From NCBI GenBank assembly GCA_963735595.1, contig CAVTLK010000001.1, forward strand, positions 227,008 to 291,007: a DNA stretch of 64,000 bases, read 5' to 3'. Below the pieces are notes generated by a model. It saw only the letters and a list, made by a program, of their open reading frames with translations, did no database searches and had not been told where the DNA came from. Shown here piece after piece: positions 60,129 through 64,000 of the stretch (position 1 is the stretch's first letter; each line of letters starts with the position of its first letter). The position numbers and the translations under genes were made by a program. This DNA is from an uncultured delta proteobacterium (lineage in GTDB: Bacteria > Desulfobacterota > Zymogenia > Zymogenales > Zymogenaceae).

Positions 60129-61679
60129 ATGTCATCGTTGGAAACTAAGATCCTCCATGAGTTTTACGAGATCTCGGGCTCAAAGGGAAACTCGATCGAG
60201 GTTCTCAACAAGATGTTTGATATGCTGATTTCCGGGATCGGCGCGAGCAGCGGTCGGGTTTCGGTATTCGACGAAGTAACCGGAGAAGAAACGGAAATCG
60301 TGATGTTGGGTGTACGTATGTCGCTCGAGAATCCCGACCTGCAGGGCAAGGCTCTACTCAAACGATTCCAAAATAATAAATCGCGATTGATTGTCGAGAC
60401 GATAAATGACGGCCACGGCCAGGCGGCATTTGCGCCGTTGCTGATTTCCGGTAAGCTGATCGGGATTATCCTGGCCGAAAGAGAGAAAGATGCGGCCCCT
60501 TTTACGAGAAACGAGCTAACGACGATAGAACATGTCGCGGTGCTTGCCGTACTCCTGGTTGACAATATCAGGCTCGAGAGAATACGTAATCGGAGTCTGG
60601 CCGAGATATCAGAGTTGATGGAGATCTCGGCCATTCTCAATTCGTCGCTCGACACAACTTCCATTCGCGAGAAAGCGATAACGGCGATTACGAGGCTGCT
60701 CGAATGTGAAGTGGCGTCTTTGCTTCTCGTCGATGACGTAACCGGTGAGCTTTATTTCGAAGTGGCGCTCGGTGAAAAAGGTAACCGGGTTAAAGAGATT
60801 CGGCTGAAGCAGGGCGAAGGAATTGCGGGCTGGGTTGCTACCCATAACCAGCCGGTTCTCATAGACGATGTAAAGAGCGACCTTCGCCATTCACGGCGAT
60901 TTGATGACCGGTCAAAATTCGAGACGCGCAGCATGATCTGTGTGCCGATGATTATAAAGGCCAGAGTTGCCGGTGTATTACAGGCCATCAACAAGCTTGG
61001 TGCGTCGGGATTCTCTCAGACGGATCTCGACCTGCTTATCTCCCTTTCTCATGAAGTTGCAATTGCGGTAGACAACGCGCGCCTCTACAATGAGCTCAGG
61101 GAAACGTTTTATCAGACTGCCGAAGCTCTCGCGGATGCCATAGAAAAGCGCGATCCATATACGGGTAACCATACGAGACGCGTCATGCACTACTCTATGG
61201 CGATATCCCGATTTATGAATCTCACTGAGACCGAAATGGAAAACCTGAGACTTGCCGCTATCCTCCATGACATCGGTAAAATAGGGGTGGAGGACTCCGT
61301 TCTTCGAAAGGACACTGATCTTGATAGCGATGAATACCAAAAAATAGTCCGTCACCCTGACATCGGCGTAGATATACTCGGCCATATCAAATCGCTGGAA
61401 GGCGTAATACCGGGTATCAAGTCACACCATGAGCGTATCGATGGAAAGGGCTATCCTGATATGATCATGGACGGAGATATACCGCTCATTGCCAAGATAA
61501 TCGCCGTGGCCGATACTTTTGACGCAATGACAACCGACCGTCCGTATCGATCGGCGCTATCCGAAAAGGAAGCGGTGGAGGAGCTTCAGCGATTCGCGGG
61601 AACCCAGTTTGACCTTGACGTGGTTAACGCGCTCGTTAAATCGTACGAAAACGGATACATCGCCAAGAATGTTGACTAA
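60129..61679 (+). CDS. GAF-domain sensor fused to an HD-GYP phosphohydrolase (likely c-di-GMP phosphodiesterase)
   Basis: Two GAF-like regions, then HD...HDIGKIGV...HHERIDGKGYPD (the HD-GYP signature). Confidence 0.75.
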   Translation: MSSLETKILHEFYEISGSKGNSIEVLNKMFDMLISGIGASSGRVSVFDEVTGEETEIVMLGVRMSLENPDLQGKALLKRFQNNKSRLIVETINDGHGQAAFAPLLISGKLIGIILAEREKDAAPFTRNELTTIEHVAVLAVLLVDNIRLERIRNRSLAEISELMEISAILNSSLDTTSIREKAITAITRLLECEVASLLLVDDVTGELYFEVALGEKGNRVKEIRLKQGEGIAGWVATHNQPVLIDDVKSDLRHSRRFDDRSKFETRSMICVPMIIKARVAGVLQAINKLGASGFSQTDLDLLISLSHEVAIAVDNARLYNELRETFYQTAEALADAIEKRDPYTGNHTRRVMHYSMAISRFMNLTETEMENLRLAAILHDIGKIGVEDSVLRKDTDLDSDEYQKIVRHPDIGVDILGHIKSLEGVIPGIKSHHERIDGKGYPDMIMDGDIPLIAKIIAVADTFDAMTTDRPYRSALSEKEAVEELQRFAGTQFDLDVVNALVKSYENGYIAKNVD

Positions 61680-61735
61680 CGGCGATATATCATATATAGT
61701 AAATTAACTGACCGGGTAACGGTGCGGAGGAATTT

Positions 61736-62392
61736 ATGGTGGCCCAGGATATCCTGTTGCAGAAATTCGGCCGTGATTTCGAGAAAGGTACGATACTCTT
61801 TCACGAGGGTGATACCCGAAGCAAAGAGATGTACGTCATCCATAAGGGTAAGGTAAAGATATATAAGAAGGTCGGCAACCAGGAGACCGTACTGGCATAT
61901 CTGGGCCAGGGAGAGTTCTTTGGTGAAATGGCGATCCTTAATAATAAACCACGATCGGCGACGGCCGAGGTTGTCGAAAATGGAACCCTTTTGGTGATCG
62001 ATCCCAAGACGTTTGAGACAATGATAAAGAATAACGCAGGGGTAGCCTTCAGGATGATCAAGAAGCTGGCCGACCGTATTGAGGAGACCGACAATACGAT
62101 TGAACGCCTGATGATAAAGGATACCAACAGCCGTGTCGTGCATGCACTTGAGAGCCTGGGAGAGTCTATCGGCGTTCGAAACGATGGCGAGCTCGTCGTT
62201 CCGCTTTCACAAGAGGAATTCCTATCCAGGGCGGGCGTCAGCTACGATCACGCCTCCGATATACTTGAGAAGTTGAAAAAAGCGAAGATTATTACGGTAT
62301 CGGCCGATGCCATCTGTATCCACGACATAGGCAAACTGAGGAAATTCGTCCAGTTCCTGATTCTCAAGGAACAATTTGGTGATTTGGATTAG
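61736..62392 (+). CDS. Crp/Fnr-family transcription regulator (cNMP-binding domain plus C-terminal HTH)
   Basis: Reads FFGEMAILNNKPRSATA (cNMP-binding loop). C-terminal helix-turn-helix. SD GGAGG. Confidence 0.8.
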   Translation: MVAQDILLQKFGRDFEKGTILFHEGDTRSKEMYVIHKGKVKIYKKVGNQETVLAYLGQGEFFGEMAILNNKPRSATAEVVENGTLLVIDPKTFETMIKNNAGVAFRMIKKLADRIEETDNTIERLMIKDTNSRVVHALESLGESIGVRNDGELVVPLSQEEFLSRAGVSYDHASDILEKLKKAKIITVSADAICIHDIGKLRKFVQFLILKEQFGDLD

Positions 62393-62397
62393 CACGT

Positions 62398-63162
62398 ATG
62401 GAAATCCGAGTATTAGGATGTAACGGTGGTATCCTCCCCGGTTTCCGATCTTCAAGTTTCCTGATCAATGAGCGGATACTCATCGATTCGGGAAACGTCG
62501 CGGATATTCTCACGCTCGAGGAACAAAACAGGATCAGGGATATCTTCGTTACCCATTTCCACCTCGATCACACGAAAGACATTGCCTTCCTGACGGATAA
62601 TGCTTTTGGGGATCATAATCTTCCCATCACCGTATACGGTACAGAACAAACCGTTTCTGATTTTAAGAAACACTATTTCAATAACGCGACCTGGCCCGAT
62701 TTCACCAAGATCAATTCGGATGACCAACCGATCGTAAGGCTTGTCGCCATTAAAACAAAAGAGAAAACGGTGGCGGGTGGTATGGAAGTAACGCCTTTTA
62801 TCGTCAACCACTCCATAGACGGGGTGGGCTATACCGTCCGAGACGGATCCACCGTTATCGTTTTTTCCGGGGACACCGGACCCACTGACGACTTATGGGA
62901 TATAGTTAACGCCGATATGAACGTCAAGGCGGTCTTTGTGGAGACCTCGTTTCCAAATGAGCTCCAGGCGATAGCGGATGCGTCCGGTCATTTTACTCCG
63001 CAGACACTTGATGCTGACCTGAGGAAACTCACTAAGAGCACCATTCCGATATATCTCTATCATCTCAAACCGAGGTACCACGATACTATCGTCAAAGAGA
63101 TCGAGGCGCTCAAACGGGACAATCTCATTATACTGCGAAATGATCTCCGCCTAACTTTCTGA
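62398..63162 (+). CDS. MBL-fold hydrolase of the class-II 3',5'-cyclic-nucleotide phosphodiesterase-like family
   Basis: Reads VTHFHLDH (HxHxDH). 254 aa, the expected length for cAMP phosphodiesterase class II (PF02112-like). Confidence 0.6.
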   Translation: MEIRVLGCNGGILPGFRSSSFLINERILIDSGNVADILTLEEQNRIRDIFVTHFHLDHTKDIAFLTDNAFGDHNLPITVYGTEQTVSDFKKHYFNNATWPDFTKINSDDQPIVRLVAIKTKEKTVAGGMEVTPFIVNHSIDGVGYTVRDGSTVIVFSGDTGPTDDLWDIVNADMNVKAVFVETSFPNELQAIADASGHFTPQTLDADLRKLTKSTIPIYLYHLKPRYHDTIVKEIEALKRDNLIILRNDLRLTF

Positions 63163-63171
63163 GGAATCGTC

Positions 63172-64000
63172 TTGGCAATACGGAAAGAACAATCAACGGG
63201 AGTCGGTATCGACGAACGAACTGCATGGGTGCGATGTCCCGGATGCAGCCGTATTCTTTTTTCGCGAGAAGCCACGAGGAACCTCTCGGTCTGTTCAGAA
63301 TGCGGGTATCATTTTCGGATCGGGGCGCGCAGGCGAATTGAAATAACGGTTGACCCGGAAAGTTTTGAAGAGCTTTTCGATACTATCCTCACGTCCGACC
63401 CTCTCTCATTTGTGGACAGTAAGCCATACGCAAAGCGGATTGAGCAGGCTCGTGAAAAATCGGGCAATAACGAGGCCGTGATTGTGGGAAAGGCAGCGAT
63501 CTTTGACCACCCGCTCATTGTATCTGTCATGGATTTTGATTTTATGGGCGGAAGCATGGGTAGCGTAGTAGGGGAGAAGGTGACCCGGGCCATCGAGGAG
63601 GCTATCAATTCTTCGTTGCCGTTAGTATCGTTTACGGCTTCAGGCGGAGCCCGGATGCAAGAGGGACTTATATCACTGATGCAGATGGCCAAGACGGCGG
63701 GCGCGGTGGCCCGTATGCGGGTAAAACGCCTGCCGTTCATATCGGTACTTACCGACCCAACCACCGGCGGAGTGGCGGCGAGTTTTGGAATGCTCGGTGA
63801 TATAAGCATAGCGGAGCCGGGCGCGCTTATTGGATTTGCAGGCAGGCGCGTTATAGAACAGACGATCAACCAGAAGCCGCCGGAAAACTTCCAAAAAGCC
63901 GAGGAACTGATACGCCATGGAATAATCGACATGATCCTCGAAAGAAAACACGTCCGCCCAACGATCGGCCGGCTTCTTGACTACCTGAGTTCCGATACCG
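63172..64000 (+). CDS. accD: Acetyl-CoA carboxylase carboxyltransferase beta subunit, 5' part. Putative TTG start; the gene continues past the window end.
   Basis: Zinc ribbon WVRCPGCSRILF...VCSECGYHFRIGARRRI. Then the carboxyltransferase motif DFDFMGGSMGSVVGEKV...SGGARMQEG. No in-frame ATG, so a TTG at 63172 right after the upstream stop is proposed. Confidence 0.8.
   Translation, partial: MAIRKEQSTGVGIDERTAWVRCPGCSRILFSREATRNLSVCSECGYHFRIGARRRIEITVDPESFEELFDTILTSDPLSFVDSKPYAKRIEQAREKSGNNEAVIVGKAAIFDHPLIVSVMDFDFMGGSMGSVVGEKVTRAIEEAINSSLPLVSFTASGGARMQEGLISLMQMAKTAGAVARMRVKRLPFISVLTDPTTGGVAASFGMLGDISIAEPGALIGFAGRRVIEQTINQKPPENFQKAEELIRHGIIDMILERKHVRPTIGRLLDYLSSDT

Noticed and set aside
63309-63951. 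Minus-strand ORFs of 207 and 92 aa
   Set aside because: They are antisense to accD, whose zinc ribbon and carboxyltransferase motifs are unambiguous on the plus strand.
1-64000. Search for CRISPR arrays, tRNA/rRNA genes, transposases or integrases, and toxin-antitoxin or restriction-modification genes
   Set aside because: There is no array of regularly spaced direct repeats. There is no tRNA T-loop/acceptor signature (GGTTCGAATCC-like). There is no rRNA-like stretch. No ORF has a DDE/HUH/tyrosine-recombinase motif or a recognisable defence-system hallmark.

Overview
This 64 kb window reads as a chromosomal segment of a Gram-negative (diderm) bacterium with moderately high GC and frequent GTG/TTG starts. 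The diderm call rests on a Tol-Pal YbgF/CpoB homolog, Skp/OmpH, and a beta-barrel outer membrane protein ending in Phe. Nothing in the sequence fixes the phylum. The content is housekeeping and energy metabolism rather than an obvious mobile or defence island. The clearest features, in order: (1) the 3' end of etfA followed by a membrane-anchored HdrD/GlpC-like Fe-S oxidoreductase and a glycerol module (glpK, glpA, glpB, glpC); (2) a block of about 13 kb (2.7-15.7 kb) in which nearly every gene shows apparent frameshifts (glpK tail, glpA split, glpB, glpC, an MBL hydrolase, an enolase-superfamily epimerase, an MFS transporter, a membrane c-type cytochrome, ThiS/MoaD, a penicillin/AHL-acylase-family Ntn hydrolase); (3) ada, an SDR and a 1048-aa protein of unknown function; (4) a CASTOR/POLLUX-like RCK channel and a GPH symporter placed divergently from a complete, intact nine-gene bacterial V/A-type ATPase operon (H-I-K-E-C-F-A-B-D) whose K subunit carries the Na+-binding signature; (5) CD225/dispanin + DUF2752, murI, an EF-G paralog, plsC, a TPR protein, acs, ybgF; (6) an ECF sigma/ZAS anti-sigma/trxB/fmdB redox module; (7) tandem nucleotide-sugar dehydrogenase paralogs; (8) an AT-rich promoter region driving an OMP, two tandem secreted FecR-domain giant paralogs, a CARDB protein and skp; (9) a frameshifted type IV pilin; (10) a textbook Trp-codon leader peptide with tandem terminators upstream of trpB2; (11) a cyclic-nucleotide signalling cluster (GAF-HD-GYP, Crp, class-II cAMP-PDE-like MBL) and the start of accD. 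I found no rRNA, tRNA, CRISPR, transposase or integrase.
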